A stretch of DNA of 64,000 nucleotides from an uncultured Candidatus Saccharibacteria bacterium (GTDB taxonomy: Bacteria; Patescibacteriota; Saccharimonadia; Saccharimonadales; 2-12-FULL-41-12). Within the stretch, counting starts at the first letter, position 1, and each line of letters starts with the position of its first letter. The notes below the pieces were generated by a model. That model saw only the letters and a program-made list of their open reading frames with translations, searched no databases and was not told the DNA's origin. Below, piece after piece: positions 39,047 through 49,760 of the stretch. Location of the stretch: contig CAMTYB010000001.1 of NCBI GenBank assembly GCA_947085855.1, positions 85,788-149,787 on the forward strand. The letters are read 5' to 3'. The position numbers were made by a program, and so were the translations under genes.

Positions 39047-39922
39047 TTACTCATCTTTTACCGCCTCAGCTCCGCCAACAATTTCGGCCATTTCCTGAGT
39101 AACTTCGGCTTGGCGAGCGGTGTTAAACGCCAACGTCAGATCATCAATAATATCGGCAGCGTTGTCACTCGCATTCTTCATGGCTACCATGCGCATTGAA
39201 TGCTCGCTCGCTAGGCTTTCGAGCAAAGCCTGCCAGACCTGAACCTCTAGTAACCGAGCTACCACCGACTCGACTACGGATTCGACTGACGGTTCAAAAA
39301 TAGCTACTTCCAACGGAGATAGCGTGTGCTCGCTCTCAGCTGGGCGGGCGGGCAATAATTCTAGGCTCGCGACTTCTTGGCGAATGCTCGTGAAGAACTG
39401 GGTGTATATGATGGTAACAGCGTCAACAGCTTCTTCTTGGTACAAGTCAAAGATCTGTTCGGTAATTGGACGCAAATCGGCACCTGTTGGTTGACCAGTG
39501 AAGATAGGGTAGGCAGCCAGTAGGTCAACGCCTTCTAGACGAGACACAAATTGTGAACCCTTTTTACCAATAGCAATGATCTTGTTGTTGATCTTCTGTT
39601 TTTCATCTTGACCCAAAATGGTAGCGAGTTGCTTAATGACATTAGCGTCATAGGCACCAGCCAAGCCAGTGTCGCTGGTGACAATAATGGTCAGACGGTT
39701 TTTGACCGGACGACGCACAAACAACGGATGGCGATTAACGTCAGAGACATCGCTCAAACGTGTCAAAATATCGTGTGCCGTGACACGATACGAACGCGAA
39801 GCAGTGGCTTGTTCTTGGGCACGGCGCATTTTGCTAGCCGCTACCATTTCCATAGCCTTGGTAATCTGTCGCGTGTTCTTGACACTACCGATTCGTCGCT
39901 TGAGTGCTGTCGTGTTTGCCAT
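39047..39922 (-). CDS. atpG: F1 ATP synthase gamma subunit
   Basis: LKRRIGSVKNTRQITKAMEMVAASKMRRAQ at the N terminus and TQEMAEIVGGAEA at the C terminus. Confidence 0.95.
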   Translation of the reverse strand: MANTTALKRRIGSVKNTRQITKAMEMVAASKMRRAQEQATASRSYRVTAHDILTRLSDVSDVNRHPLFVRRPVKNRLTIIVTSDTGLAGAYDANVIKQLATILGQDEKQKINNKIIAIGKKGSQFVSRLEGVDLLAAYPIFTGQPTGADLRPITEQIFDLYQEEAVDAVTIIYTQFFTSIRQEVASLELLPARPAESEHTLSPLEVAIFEPSVESVVESVVARLLEVQVWQALLESLASEHSMRMVAMKNASDNAADIIDDLTLAFNTARQAEVTQEMAEIVGGAEAVKDE

Positions 39923-39928
39923 GTAGTA

Positions 39929-41464
39929 TTACGCTTCCTCTTCGAAGTCCTTGGCTACTTTATGTGCAACAGACAAGATAGTTTCTTTGGTCTTATCTTC
40001 TGGTTTGCCACCCTTGTTGAGCTCATCAATCATCTTCTTATGACTGCGCTTGAGCTCGTTAAACAAGGCTTCGGCAGCTTTACGCACGTCTTTTATAGCT
40101 ACTTTGTCGAAAGCGCCATCGTTGGCTGCCATCAATAGGGCAGTTTGTTCCCAGACTGAGTACGGTGCATACTGCGGTTGCTTAAGTAGTTCTGTCAACC
40201 GTTGACCGCGTTCGATTCGTTGTTTGGTGTCGGCATCCAAGTCGGTTGAGAATTGGGCGAAAGCTGCCAATTCACGGAACTGAGCCAAGCCAAGACGCAA
40301 GCTACCGGCTACGCTCTTAACGGCTTTGGTCTGAGCCGAACCACCCACACGAGACACTGAAGTACCGACTGAAATAGCCGGACGAATACCTTGGTAGAAC
40401 AAGTTGGTTTCGAGAAAAATTTGACCATCGGTAATAGAGATAACGTTCGTTGGAATATAGGCTGAGATGTCACCGGCTTGAGTTTCGATAATCGGCAGAG
40501 CAGTTAAGCTGCCCGAACCAAGCTCGTCAGATAATTTAGCTGAGCGCTCCAACAAACGAGAGTGTAGATAGAACACGTCACCAGGGAACGCTTCGCGACC
40601 CGGTGGGCGTCGCAAGAGCAAGCTCATTTGTCGATACGCATTGGCGTGCTTAGAAAGGTCATCATAGATAATGAGGCCGTGCTGGCCGTTATCGCGGAAA
40701 TACTCACCGATCGCTGTACCAGCGTATGGCGCCAGGAATTGCAAGCTGGCTGGATCGGCAGCAGAGGTAGTGACGACGATGGTCTGGTCCATAACACCTT
40801 CTCGAGTCAAGCGTTCAATTAAGCGAGCAACTTTGGAAGCCTTTTGGCCAATTGCAACGTAAATGTTGATGACGCCCGTTTCTTGGCGGTGCTGGTTGAT
40901 CATAGTGTCAACGGCCACAGCAGTTTTACCAGTTTGACGGTCGCCGATGATCAGCTCACGCTGACCACGACCAATTGGAATCATAGTGTCGATAGCAGCA
41001 ATACCAGTCATCAGTGGTTCATGCACGCTCTTTCGGGCGAGTACGCCTGGGGCGGTTTGCTCAATGGGATTGGTCATCTTGGCTTTGATTGGACCTTTGC
41101 CATCAAGTGGCTCACCGAGTGGGTTAACCACACGGCCAATGAGTTCTGGGCCAACCGGAATTTCTAGACTTTTACCAGTTAGGGTAACGCGAGCACCGGC
41201 TTTGATATCGAGGTCGCTACCAAGGATAACGGAACCGATTTCGTTTTCACCCAAGTTGAGGGCAAAAGCAGAAATAGATTTACCACTCGTGCCTTCGATT
41301 TCGAGCACTTCGTTGAAGCCGGCATCACGCAGGCCATAGATCCAAGCCACGCCATCGCCAACTCGAGTAACAATGCCGACATTGGTAATTTCCGGCTGAT
41401 CTTTTAGCTCTTGAATTGCCTTACGGATATCGGCTGATAGTTGTTTGATGTTTACATCGCTCAT
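39929..41464 (-). CDS. atpA: F1 ATP synthase alpha subunit
   Basis: [18 protein letters not shown] (P-loop) and [41 protein letters not shown]. Confidence 0.97.
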   Translation of the reverse strand: MSDVNIKQLSADIRKAIQELKDQPEITNVGIVTRVGDGVAWIYGLRDAGFNEVLEIEGTSGKSISAFALNLGENEIGSVILGSDLDIKAGARVTLTGKSLEIPVGPELIGRVVNPLGEPLDGKGPIKAKMTNPIEQTAPGVLARKSVHEPLMTGIAAIDTMIPIGRGQRELIIGDRQTGKTAVAVDTMINQHRQETGVINIYVAIGQKASKVARLIERLTREGVMDQTIVVTTSAADPASLQFLAPYAGTAIGEYFRDNGQHGLIIYDDLSKHANAYRQMSLLLRRPPGREAFPGDVFYLHSRLLERSAKLSDELGSGSLTALPIIETQAGDISAYIPTNVISITDGQIFLETNLFYQGIRPAISVGTSVSRVGGSAQTKAVKSVAGSLRLGLAQFRELAAFAQFSTDLDADTKQRIERGQRLTELLKQPQYAPYSVWEQTALLMAANDGAFDKVAIKDVRKAAEALFNELKRSHKKMIDELNKGGKPEDKTKETILSVAHKVAKDFEEEA

Positions 41465-41503
41465 AAAATTATTGTTATCTCCTTCTTTCGAAACCTAGGC
41501 GAC

Positions 41504-41905
41504 CTACTGGACGGCCTCTCGTAATTGATTTAATTTAGCGCGAATTGAAATGTCTAGACTGGCATGCGGGAATTGAACAGTAGCGCCTCCAACAACTGAC
41601 TCATCCTGAAGTTGGTGGGTCAAGACGCGCGTAGCGGTCTTGTACTCGTCTTTTGCAAGTGCTTCGATTTGCTTCAGTTGAGCTGCGTCAAGCTGGTGGG
41701 CACTGCGAATAGTCAGCTCAACGACACCGTCTTCTTGAGCACGTTGCTCTTGAGCATCACGCATAACCGAGTCAAGTTCATGAATTTTGTTGGTAGTGAT
41801 CAAATAAGCCGCTACCTGGTGTGATAAACGAGCTTCATCAGCTCCACGGGCCAATTCGCGCACAATGTAGCTCACGAGAGCAGAACGAGAGTAGGCCTTT
41901 TGCAT
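41504..41905 (-). CDS. atpH: F1 ATP synthase delta (OSCP) subunit, short form (133 aa)
   Basis: Operon position between b and alpha. The C-terminal pattern VVGGATVQF...LDISIRAKLNQL resembles the OSCP C terminus. Confidence 0.75.
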   Translation of the reverse strand: MQKAYSRSALVSYIVRELARGADEARLSHQVAAYLITTNKIHELDSVMRDAQEQRAQEDGVVELTIRSAHQLDAAQLKQIEALAKDEYKTATRVLTHQLQDESVVGGATVQFPHASLDISIRAKLNQLREAVQ

Positions 41906-41913
41906 AGTAACGG

Positions 41914-42453
41914 CTACGCCTTGCCTTTCAGAGCGGCTGCTACGAGAGCATTGTCTTGTTTGCTATCTAATTTGGTGCGTGTCACAGCTTCGGTAGCATT
42001 AATCACCAACTCAACCATTTCTTTTTCGAGGTCACGGCGAGCGCGGGCAGTTTCGTCCTGAATTTTTTTGCGAGCATCAGTGACGATCTGTTCTGCCTTC
42101 ACCTGAGCTGACTCTTCGGCTTCGCGAATCATTTGGGTAGCCTGACTGTGGCTATCGTTCACGATTTGCTCAGCTTCAGCACGAGCTCGCTTGCGAGCCT
42201 CAGCCACTTCTTTGTCAAAAGCTTCTTTTTGGCGTGTTAACTCAGAGGTCAACTGGACGCCTTTGTCGATAGTCGCCTGACGCTTGTCGAGTGCCTTAAC
42301 AACCGGCGTAAAAACATAGCGCTTGAGCACCAGAAACACAAACAGAAACGTAATGAGTTGGATGATAAAGGCTTTAGGATCAATACCCAATGCGCCAATA
42401 CCTGATTCTACTTCAGGTTCTGAGGCGGCAAATTGTGTAAATGCATTAATCAC
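41914..42453 (-). CDS. atpF: Fo ATP synthase subunit b
   Basis: A single N-terminal TM (FIIQLITFLFVFLVL) followed by a long charged helix. Operon position supports the call. Confidence 0.88.
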   Translation of the reverse strand: MINAFTQFAASEPEVESGIGALGIDPKAFIIQLITFLFVFLVLKRYVFTPVVKALDKRQATIDKGVQLTSELTRQKEAFDKEVAEARKRARAEAEQIVNDSHSQATQMIREAEESAQVKAEQIVTDARKKIQDETARARRDLEKEMVELVINATEAVTRTKLDSKQDNALVAAALKGKA

Positions 42454-42475
42454 GATATATAAAAACCTTTAATAC

Positions 42476-42706
42476 TTAACTGATGATGAAGATTGAGGCG
42501 AAGGCGATCAAGCCAAACAACTCAGCCAATGAAACGAAGACCAAAATCTGACCCAAGAAACGGGCTGATTCTGGGTTACGACTAACTGCGTTCATAAACG
42601 CACTACCGATCAAGCCGATAGCAATAGCCGGACCCATAACACCAAAGCCGAGGGCGATACCCTTTGCCAATGGCACCATGTTAGTAGCTTCTGCAAATAA
42701 TTCCAT
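42476..42706 (-). CDS. atpE: Fo ATP synthase subunit c
   Basis: 76 aa hairpin proteolipid with the motifs GPAIAIGLIG, RNPE and the carboxylate in LAELFGL. Confidence 0.93.
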   Translation of the reverse strand: MELFAEATNMVPLAKGIALGFGVMGPAIAIGLIGSAFMNAVSRNPESARFLGQILVFVSLAELFGLIAFASIFIIS

Positions 42707-42778
42707 TCTGTTACTCCTTTTCGTTACTATTTAGAATGACACTTTATACATTACAAATCAACAGGGGTGATTGCTCAA

Positions 42779-43666
42779 CTATAGGCGAGCTCCCTGGTAA
42801 TTGACTTCGTCGACCGAATCATCTTCGCCATTAGTCTCGCCTTCAGGAAGACTGTCATGGTGCTGGCTGTGTGCAATAGCCACACCGAGGTATGACGCAC
42901 ACAACATGACAAAAATATAGGCTTGCAATAAGCCAACGAAGATCTCGAGTAGAGTAAATGGCAGGGCTGCTACCGGCGCTGCCACGCCACCAAGGTAAGA
43001 AAAGACAGCGATCAGGATTTCGCCAATCACCACATTCAAGAAAAGCCGCAGTGCCAAGCTCAACAAGCGGGTCAATTCACTAAACATTTCCATCAAACCA
43101 AGCGGGATTGTCATTGGATTCTTGAGGCTGCCCTGAAAGTAATGACCGAGATGCTTCAACAAGCCAGACTCTTTGATGGCCAATGTCTGCACAATAATCA
43201 TCATGACCAACGCCATAGCTAGAGTACCGTTAAAGTCGGCCGTAAAAGGGCGAAACAACGGTGTGCCGTTGTATTCAAAAGCCGGACCAACACCTGGCAG
43301 CAAACCAAGCCAGTTATTGATTACGATGAAAAAGAAAGTGGTCACAAACAGGGGAGCGTACTTGACGGCTTTTTCACGCGAGTTCAAGCTATTCTTGAGG
43401 ACGTTATTGATAATAAAATCCGTACCAACATCAAGCAGCCGAGCAACACCGCTTGAACCCTTAAAACTAACGCCTTTACTGAGCCGATAAAACACGTAAA
43501 TGATAAGGCTAGCGCAAATCCAGCCGTAGAACATAGAGTTAGTAATAGTTACACCACCGATATGGAATAGATCCTCTGGAGCAATAGCAATATGCGGACC
43601 GCTCGATTCGCCACCTTCGCTGGCTGCAAACAAATTCAGGGCATCAAAAAAACCGGATCCGATCAT
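42779..43666 (-). CDS. atpB: Fo ATP synthase subunit a
   Basis: LSLALRLFLNVVIGE carries the essential Arg. Polytopic membrane protein. Confidence 0.92.
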   Translation of the reverse strand: MIGSGFFDALNLFAASEGGESSGPHIAIAPEDLFHIGGVTITNSMFYGWICASLIIYVFYRLSKGVSFKGSSGVARLLDVGTDFIINNVLKNSLNSREKAVKYAPLFVTTFFFIVINNWLGLLPGVGPAFEYNGTPLFRPFTADFNGTLAMALVMMIIVQTLAIKESGLLKHLGHYFQGSLKNPMTIPLGLMEMFSELTRLLSLALRLFLNVVIGEILIAVFSYLGGVAAPVAALPFTLLEIFVGLLQAYIFVMLCASYLGVAIAHSQHHDSLPEGETNGEDDSVDEVNYQGARL

Positions 43667-43950
43667 CGGTCATCCTCCTGGTCTTCAAATTGAGCCTTTT
43701 CCAAGAACTTTCCACCGCTGCGAGCCATCTGGGCAATTACAAGAAGTGCAAAAGCAAAACCAAGCCCCACACCAATGTAGGTAAAGAGCGTGTCGTCCCG
43801 AGATTGATCGAGGATAACGCCGGCAAAAACCGGAATCAAAAAGGCGCCGGCCAGTTTCCAGCTCAAATCGAACAAACCCAAAATAAAAGCGCGTTTTGCT
43901 TCACGCACTTTTTCTTGTTTCGTCGTCTTGGCGGCGGCGAGGTTAGTCAT
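43663..43950 (-). CDS. AtpI/AtpZ-like small membrane protein (first gene of the atp operon)
   Basis: The start was set at MTNLAAAK (43950). Two TM helices. It overlaps the atpB start by 4 nt. Confidence 0.6.
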   Translation of the reverse strand: MTNLAAAKTTKQEKVREAKRAFILGLFDLSWKLAGAFLIPVFAGVILDQSRDDTLFTYIGVGLGFAFALLVIAQMARSGGKFLEKAQFEDQEDDR

Positions 43951-43958
43951 CTCCAAAT

Positions 43959-43988
43959 AGTATACCACCTCTGGTAGATATTGATCAA
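43959..43988 (-). promoter_or_regulatory. Candidate atp operon promoter: TTGATC, 18 nt spacer, TATACT, 8 nt before the ATG
   Basis: Read directly on the - strand. Confidence 0.45.
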
Positions 43989-44150
43989 GTTGAAGTAATG
44001 TTTGTACCAGCTGTATGTGCCACATTCAAAAGAGCACACGCCGTGTGTCATCACGCCATTTCTAACACTTTAGAATTTTTCTTTGCAGCACAATCGGTGT
44101 GCCGCTTTGAATGTGCCCCCACTAACCGAGTAACTAAACGCAGCAGATAT

Positions 44151-44159
44151 TGCTATATT
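44151..44159 (+). promoter_or_regulatory. Extended -10 element TGCTATATT, 6 nt upstream of ATG 44166
   Basis: Direct reading. A leaderless start is implied. Confidence 0.4.
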
Positions 44160-44165
44160 GTAAGC

Positions 44166-44735
44166 ATGTCATTTGAAGATTTTTCAACCAAAGATTCGGT
44201 CGCGCTCGTCTACACGGGCGATGGTAAAGGGAAAACCAGTGCTAGCCTCGGCTTGTTAGCCCGTGCTCTCGGTAACCGCTGGAACGTAGCCTACATTCAG
44301 TTCATAAAATATTGGGGCGTTGGCGAACATGTCTTCATCCGCGACATTGAACCTATCTACAAAGATCAGCTGCATTTCTATAAAGGCGGCAAGGGCTTTT
44401 ACAGCGCCGGCGACCTGAGTGCCGAGCACATCACCGACGAACAGCACAGGCAAGCCGCCAAGGAGACCTTTAATGAAGCCCTCAAAGCTGTCACGAGCGG
44501 CACATACCAACTGGTTATATGCGACGAGATCAACAACGCAGTTCACGACGGATTACTGACCATAAAACAGCTCGAGCAATTGTTTACCGAGCGCTCGCCC
44601 CAGACCAGCCTGTGTGTTACCGGTCGTAATTTTCCAAAAGAACTATTGAAGCACGTCGACATTGCTACCGACATGACCAAGGTCAAGCACCACTTTGATG
44701 ATAAATTCCTAGCCAATCAGGGAATTGATTTCTAG
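44166..44735 (+). CDS. Cob(I)yrinic acid a,c-diamide adenosyltransferase-family protein (CobO/BtuR-like)
   Basis: VYTGDGKGKTSASLGLLARALG (P-loop), YIQFIK and VICDEINNAVHDGLL are typical of the CobA/CobO/BtuR family. The start was moved to MSFEDF. Confidence 0.75.
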   Translation: MSFEDFSTKDSVALVYTGDGKGKTSASLGLLARALGNRWNVAYIQFIKYWGVGEHVFIRDIEPIYKDQLHFYKGGKGFYSAGDLSAEHITDEQHRQAAKETFNEALKAVTSGTYQLVICDEINNAVHDGLLTIKQLEQLFTERSPQTSLCVTGRNFPKELLKHVDIATDMTKVKHHFDDKFLANQGIDF

Positions 44736-44759
44736 TCATATTAATGTTATAAGTTCATC

Positions 44760-45374
44760 ATGAGTCGACGAATGGGATTAGCTCCTGAGTTAGAGGTCAA
44801 GGCTACTGCCTATAGTCAAGATGGGTCTTTTGAGACTATCGAACCAAACATAACTCCTGTAGAAGCCGGCGCTATGAATCTTGCCATGATCTATGCTAAC
44901 GACGCGCTACACACCGGCAACCCACCAGTAGGCGCCTTTTTGGTCGACAATGAACACAATCACTCATGGGGTCAGGGAACGAATGATCACCGGTCCAATA
45001 ATCTGTTAGACCATGCTGAAATTATCATTTATCAAGAAGCTCAGCCCGTGGTAGGTCGCGACTTGAGTAATTGCACACTCGTAACCACGGCTGACCCTTG
45101 TGTGCGCTGCGCCTCTATTTACGCCGAGGGAGGCATCGGCAAGATAATCGTGGCTGCTCAACGCGACCACATTCGGGCAGTATCAGGCAAGATGCGCGAG
45201 CGGGAAATCAACCTAAGCGGCTTGCTTGAAGATGGTGCCACCAACACTGTACTTATTCAAAATTTCCAAGTAGTTGATAGCCTTCGGTTATTTGCTCGAC
45301 ACGGCAAAACAATTGGTCACAAACCACCAGCCGGCACACCTAAATTCTTGTTGGATATCTACGCCAAAGCTTAG
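44760..45374 (+). CDS. Cytidine/deoxycytidylate-type zinc deaminase family protein
   Basis: DHAEII (H-A-E) and PCVRCAS (PCxxC) zinc-binding motifs. Confidence 0.75.
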   Translation: MSRRMGLAPELEVKATAYSQDGSFETIEPNITPVEAGAMNLAMIYANDALHTGNPPVGAFLVDNEHNHSWGQGTNDHRSNNLLDHAEIIIYQEAQPVVGRDLSNCTLVTTADPCVRCASIYAEGGIGKIIVAAQRDHIRAVSGKMREREINLSGLLEDGATNTVLIQNFQVVDSLRLFARHGKTIGHKPPAGTPKFLLDIYAKA

Positions 45375-46255
45375 TCTTCGCTATAGACAGGGCGCGGCCG
45401 CAACCGAGGTTGTTGCTCGTTCATCATCATTGGATCGGGTCGAGCTTTTGAGGGTGCAAAGTAGTAACCCAGACTCAATCGTCGTATCTGAGGATCAAAA
45501 AACATGTGCAGTGGCTTGAGCAGGAAATATGTGCCCATAAAACCGGCGACCGAGTAGTGGGCACCGGCGCTCATAAAGCCATGCTTTTTCATAGTTCGGG
45601 TATGTCCAGTGATATAGCGCCAAAAGGCAGTCGGATTATCAGCCATGCGTCGAGATGAAACCATGGCCGTAAACTTGGGTACATAAACCGGCTTAATGCC
45701 AAAATTGCGAGCATGGATCACCAGGTCGATGTCTTCCATAATCATACGGTCGTCACACAGTTGGCGACTCAGCTTTTGCCAGGCAGTGCGGCGGATAGCC
45801 ATGTTGGCGCCAAAGGCAAAGCCGTACCCCAAGCCAAGCGCAATCCGCAAGAAAAAGTCTTCTAGATTACGGGATGTCTTGGGGAAAATAAAATCATAGT
45901 AGCCAAGCGGGCCAGTTGCAAGTTGAACCGTAGGGTCTGCCATACGGTGCTTAATGGTAGCCACCCAACGTGCATCTACTTCAGTATCAGCATCAATGCG
46001 GCACAAAATATCGCCTGCTGCCATATTCATGCCAGCCGCACGAGCCGCATATAGCCCCTGAACTGACTCACTCACAAGAGTAACCTCGGGATATCTGGCA
46101 GCAATTTCATACGTATTATCAGTTGAATTATTGTCAACGACGACAATTTCATCTGGTAGAACTGTTTGTTTGCGAAGAGCATCGAGACAACGGGCAATAT
46201 AGCCCTCTTCGTTGTAGGCTGGTATAATAACTGAAACCGTTAATGCTTTTTTCAT
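45371..46255 (-). CDS. Family 2 glycosyltransferase
   Basis: The start was set at MKKALTVSVIIPAYNEEGYIARCLDALRKQT...VVVDNNSTDNT. CRIDADTE carries the DxD-type motif. Confidence 0.85.
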   Translation of the reverse strand: MKKALTVSVIIPAYNEEGYIARCLDALRKQTVLPDEIVVVDNNSTDNTYEIAARYPEVTLVSESVQGLYAARAAGMNMAAGDILCRIDADTEVDARWVATIKHRMADPTVQLATGPLGYYDFIFPKTSRNLEDFFLRIALGLGYGFAFGANMAIRRTAWQKLSRQLCDDRMIMEDIDLVIHARNFGIKPVYVPKFTAMVSSRRMADNPTAFWRYITGHTRTMKKHGFMSAGAHYSVAGFMGTYFLLKPLHMFFDPQIRRLSLGYYFAPSKARPDPMMMNEQQPRLRPRPVYSED

Positions 46256-46295
46256 TATCTGGATATACCTATCATAACAAATATAGTGCAGCGAG

Positions 46296-47441
46296 ATGCC
46301 ATCAAAAAAACCCACTAAATCCAAATCAGCTTCATCAGTCAGTCGGACTGTACTACGACGTGGCTGGCAGCAATTCGCCAAACTCAACTTACTAAAAAAG
46401 GCTGGGATTTTACTGATTGCGCTGGTCATGCTCGTAGTCGGAAGTTCGTACGGCATTTCATACTGGTACCTCAACAAACATCGTAATGAGCCACTACAGT
46501 TTGGCACTACGTTTGTACCGCGTTACGCTCGTCACTTTGGCCTCGACCCGCAGCAAACACTGTATGCAGCTATCCATGAGGTTGGTTTTGAGCGCCTGCG
46601 GCTGGTCAGTTATTGGGATGACATCGAAAAAACTCCTGGAGTTTACGATTTTGCCGAACTTGACTGGCAAATCAAGATGGCCGAAGAAGCTGATGTCGAC
46701 GTCAGCTTGGCACTTGGTCTGCGACAACCGCGCTGGCCGGAGTGCCACATGCCATCATGGGCCAAAAATCAACCGAAAGAACAATGGTATCCACAGTTAA
46801 AAGCCTTTATGGGCAAAGTCGTGGAGCGCTACAAGGACAGCCCCGCTATCATAAGTTACCAAGTAGAAAATGAATTCTTTATGACCGTATTTGGCGATTG
46901 CCCAGACCATAGTCGTGACCGCTTAGTCGATGAGTATAATTACGTACGATCACTCGATCCAGATAAGAAAATTATTATCACACGCAGTAACAACTGGGGC
47001 GGCATTCCACTCAACGAGCCAAAGCCAGACCAGTATGGCGTGGCCGTATACAAGCGTGTCTTTGATTACTCAGTAACTAATCGCTATTTCGAATATCCAT
47101 ATCCACCGTGGTTCTATGGCACCTTGGCTGGCGCCAGTGAACTCAATGATGGCCGCTCGATGATTATCCACGAACTCCAAATGGAACCATGGCTACCAGA
47201 AGGCTATGAAATGAATGAACTAGCTGATATACCCGAGCAAAATAAGTCAATGAATGGCGATCGGCTCGAAAAGCGTTTCCGCTACGCAGCTGACAGCGGC
47301 ATTCGTACCGTCGACACCTGGGGAATGGAATGGTGGTACTGGCGCAAGGTGAAAGCCGGTGACAGCAGCCTCTGGGACGTGGCTAAAGCAGAAGTCGGCA
47401 AAGCCAACGAAGACAACGTCCGCCGCGGCCTCAGCAACTAA
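46296..47441 (+). CDS. Membrane-anchored glycoside hydrolase, TIM-barrel clan GH-A-like
   Basis: N-terminal TM AGILLIALVMLVVGSSYG. Motifs LRLVSYWDDIEKTPGVYDF and YQVENEFF (NE acid/base motif). Confidence 0.6.
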   Translation: MPSKKPTKSKSASSVSRTVLRRGWQQFAKLNLLKKAGILLIALVMLVVGSSYGISYWYLNKHRNEPLQFGTTFVPRYARHFGLDPQQTLYAAIHEVGFERLRLVSYWDDIEKTPGVYDFAELDWQIKMAEEADVDVSLALGLRQPRWPECHMPSWAKNQPKEQWYPQLKAFMGKVVERYKDSPAIISYQVENEFFMTVFGDCPDHSRDRLVDEYNYVRSLDPDKKIIITRSNNWGGIPLNEPKPDQYGVAVYKRVFDYSVTNRYFEYPYPPWFYGTLAGASELNDGRSMIIHELQMEPWLPEGYEMNELADIPEQNKSMNGDRLEKRFRYAADSGIRTVDTWGMEWWYWRKVKAGDSSLWDVAKAEVGKANEDNVRRGLSN

Positions 47442-48502
47442 GCAATGTGGTATTTATCTTCAAGCTTCACAGGAGTGTTAACGAGCCCGTCATGAGCCAT
47501 CAAAGCATGAGTAAACGGATTATCGCCCGTGGCATGCGCGTGCAAGCCCTGACCACTGTACTGCACAACATGCAGTGATCGAATGCCTTGCTGGAAAAAT
47601 GTGCTCGGCTTATCCCGCTCATTGAGGTAGTCCGGGCTAAATAAACGACTGCCTGCAATATAGCCAACTTTGATTGGCATGTCAGGGTAGTGACGATTGG
47701 CCCAGCTCATGCGGTCCATAATGTTGTTAGTTATGGCTTTATGGGTTAATTTGCCCTCACGCGTTAGAGTAGAAAGTCCAAACCTGACCATACCAATAAT
47801 CATTCGATCACGCCGCATAGTGGCACTCAGGGCTGGAATGTCGGCCTCACGGGCTACTTTTCGGATATCTCCACCTGATTTCAAGAAGTCATTGCGTAAT
47901 GTAGCAGCGCTACGACCAGCTTTACTAGGCATTTCATCAACATTGACGGCCGTAATATCTATGTCGCGAACACCCATCGATGCCATGTCGATTGCAATTC
48001 GACCACCAAATGAATAACCAGTTAAGCCAACTTTACCAAGTGACTGCTCGTCATCAATTTTCTCCAGTGTACGCATCTGTCGCTCGACAATTGGGCGAGT
48101 ACTACCGTGTTCAAGTTGGTATTTTTCTTCGTCAGTAATAGTGCTGAGATCATAGTACTGCTCATCTTTGCGCAAGCTATTGTTTGGCAGCACGATCACG
48201 CGACTATTGGGAGCTACTACTTGTTGAAAAACACGAGCCCGAACGTAGTGATGTGGCCACCAAGCATTCTGGTAGGGCAACGGCAAAACGAGCGATTGCG
48301 TCTCATCAATCTCGCCTGTTTCCGGCTCAAGTATTACGGCGCCGGCTGAATTCAAGGTTGGAGCAATAACTTCGGCAGCTGCAGTTTGTCGACAGATATC
48401 GTCATACGTTACCGGCTGCCATCGCTCACGGACTTCTTCAATCCGTTGCGACAGTTCCGGCGAAGTAATATGGGCAATAGAAGTTTCTTCTACCTTAATC
48501 AT
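47438..48502 (-). CDS. Alpha/beta hydrolase-like protein
   Basis: Nucleophile-elbow-like LTGYSFGGRIAIDMA. The start was set at MIKVEE (48502), because the track's TTG start is itself the -35 hexamer. Confidence 0.6.
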   Translation of the reverse strand: MIKVEETSIAHITSPELSQRIEEVRERWQPVTYDDICRQTAAAEVIAPTLNSAGAVILEPETGEIDETQSLVLPLPYQNAWWPHHYVRARVFQQVVAPNSRVIVLPNNSLRKDEQYYDLSTITDEEKYQLEHGSTRPIVERQMRTLEKIDDEQSLGKVGLTGYSFGGRIAIDMASMGVRDIDITAVNVDEMPSKAGRSAATLRNDFLKSGGDIRKVAREADIPALSATMRRDRMIIGMVRFGLSTLTREGKLTHKAITNNIMDRMSWANRHYPDMPIKVGYIAGSRLFSPDYLNERDKPSTFFQQGIRSLHVVQYSGQGLHAHATGDNPFTHALMAHDGLVNTPVKLEDKYHIA

Positions 48503-48509
48503 TATACAT

Positions 48510-48538
48510 ATTTTAGCAAATTTTAGAGGTTTTGTCAA
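48510..48538 (-). promoter_or_regulatory. Sigma-70-type promoter: TTGACA, 17 nt spacer, TGCTAAAAT, 7 nt before ATG 48502
   Basis: Read directly on the - strand. This is the best consensus match in the window. Confidence 0.6.
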
Positions 48539-48586
48539 TTTTCCCCCTGTAGTTAATCAAGCGTTTACGGTATAATGACCGTTGTT

Positions 48587-49051
48587 ATGGCCAAGAAAAA
48601 ACCTGATACCAGCAAAGCTATCCGTAATCGACGGGCTCGCTATGACTATGAGCTCGGCGATTCTCTTGAAGCTGGCTTGGTTTTGACCGGCGCCGAGACC
48701 AAAGCTCTACGCATGGGCCACGGTCATCTGCGAGGCGCCTATGTCACTGTCAAAGACGGCGAACTATGGCTCCTCAACGCCACTATCACTGGTTTTAATG
48801 GGGTAAAACTCGACGAAACGGAGCAGACGCGCTCACGCAAACTCCTCCTCAAAAAACGTGAGATCGACCACCTGCTAGAAGCCAAGCAACAGGGTAAAAG
48901 CATCGTTCCGACTGATCTGTTGACGGGTGGTCGTTATATTAAGCTGCGCATCGCCATTGGAACCGGCAAAAAACACTATGATAAGCGTGAAGTCATCAAG
49001 CAGCGCGATCAAGATCGCGCCAATCAGCTTGAGCTCAAACAAAACCTATAG
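48587..49051 (+). CDS. smpB: SsrA-binding protein
   Basis: NRRARYDYELGDSLEAGLVLTGAETKALR and RSRKLLLKKREI are typical SmpB sequences. The MAKKKPD start lies 10 nt after a TATAAT. Confidence 0.93.
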   Translation: MAKKKPDTSKAIRNRRARYDYELGDSLEAGLVLTGAETKALRMGHGHLRGAYVTVKDGELWLLNATITGFNGVKLDETEQTRSRKLLLKKREIDHLLEAKQQGKSIVPTDLLTGGRYIKLRIAIGTGKKHYDKREVIKQRDQDRANQLELKQNL

Positions 49052-49684
49052 AGCTTTTTCGTAGAGAATGACCAACTTAGTCCAGACAAACATCACGTAG
49101 AACATAATCGTCACTAACACCAAGCCTGCGAATAAGTATGGCAACGTGCTCAGCGTGAAGTCAGCGTCAACAAATTTACCCATCAACGAAACACACGCCG
49201 GTAATATCAGCCAAAAGGCTACTACTACATATATAAGGTAGGCAAAGGCCATAGACAGCCGTTTTACAGCTTTTAGAAAAATAGACTCGCGTTTAGCTGC
49301 ATCTTGATATTCATTCTGTAAAATTGCTTCATTATGTAAAAAAATAAAAACATTATTAGCATATATATAAGATCGGTAAACTACCACGGCTACCACGGCC
49401 CAGAATAATAGCGTGACCACTTCGGAAGCATAGGGTAGTTGGCTGAGTGTATTGAGCCACTCACTAATTTGCTGGCTCGTCGAACCATATATCGTCTCGG
49501 ATTCATTCAGCGAAGATACGCCAAGCGCATTGATAACCTGACGAGGATATTGACCGACAAACACAACCACGGCAGCAATAAGCGCATATACTGCCATCGG
49601 TAGCGACGTAGCTACAAACGAAGTTAATTTAGAAGTTATTGTCATCTGTTTTTTTGACTTTTTTACAAAAAGCTTGGATTTCAC
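49046..49684 (-). CDS. Integral membrane protein of unknown function
   Basis: 212 aa with about 5 TM helices. The alternative start is ATG 49645. Confidence 0.6.
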   Translation of the reverse strand: MKSKLFVKKSKKQMTITSKLTSFVATSLPMAVYALIAAVVVFVGQYPRQVINALGVSSLNESETIYGSTSQQISEWLNTLSQLPYASEVVTLLFWAVVAVVVYRSYIYANNVFIFLHNEAILQNEYQDAAKRESIFLKAVKRLSMAFAYLIYVVVAFWLILPACVSLMGKFVDADFTLSTLPYLFAGLVLVTIMFYVMFVWTKLVILYEKAL

Positions 49685-49760
49685 TTATGTTTATAATAGA
49701 CTAAAGACAAAATGTAAAGTTAACAATAAAAACTACAAACCAATAAACAAGAAAAAATAT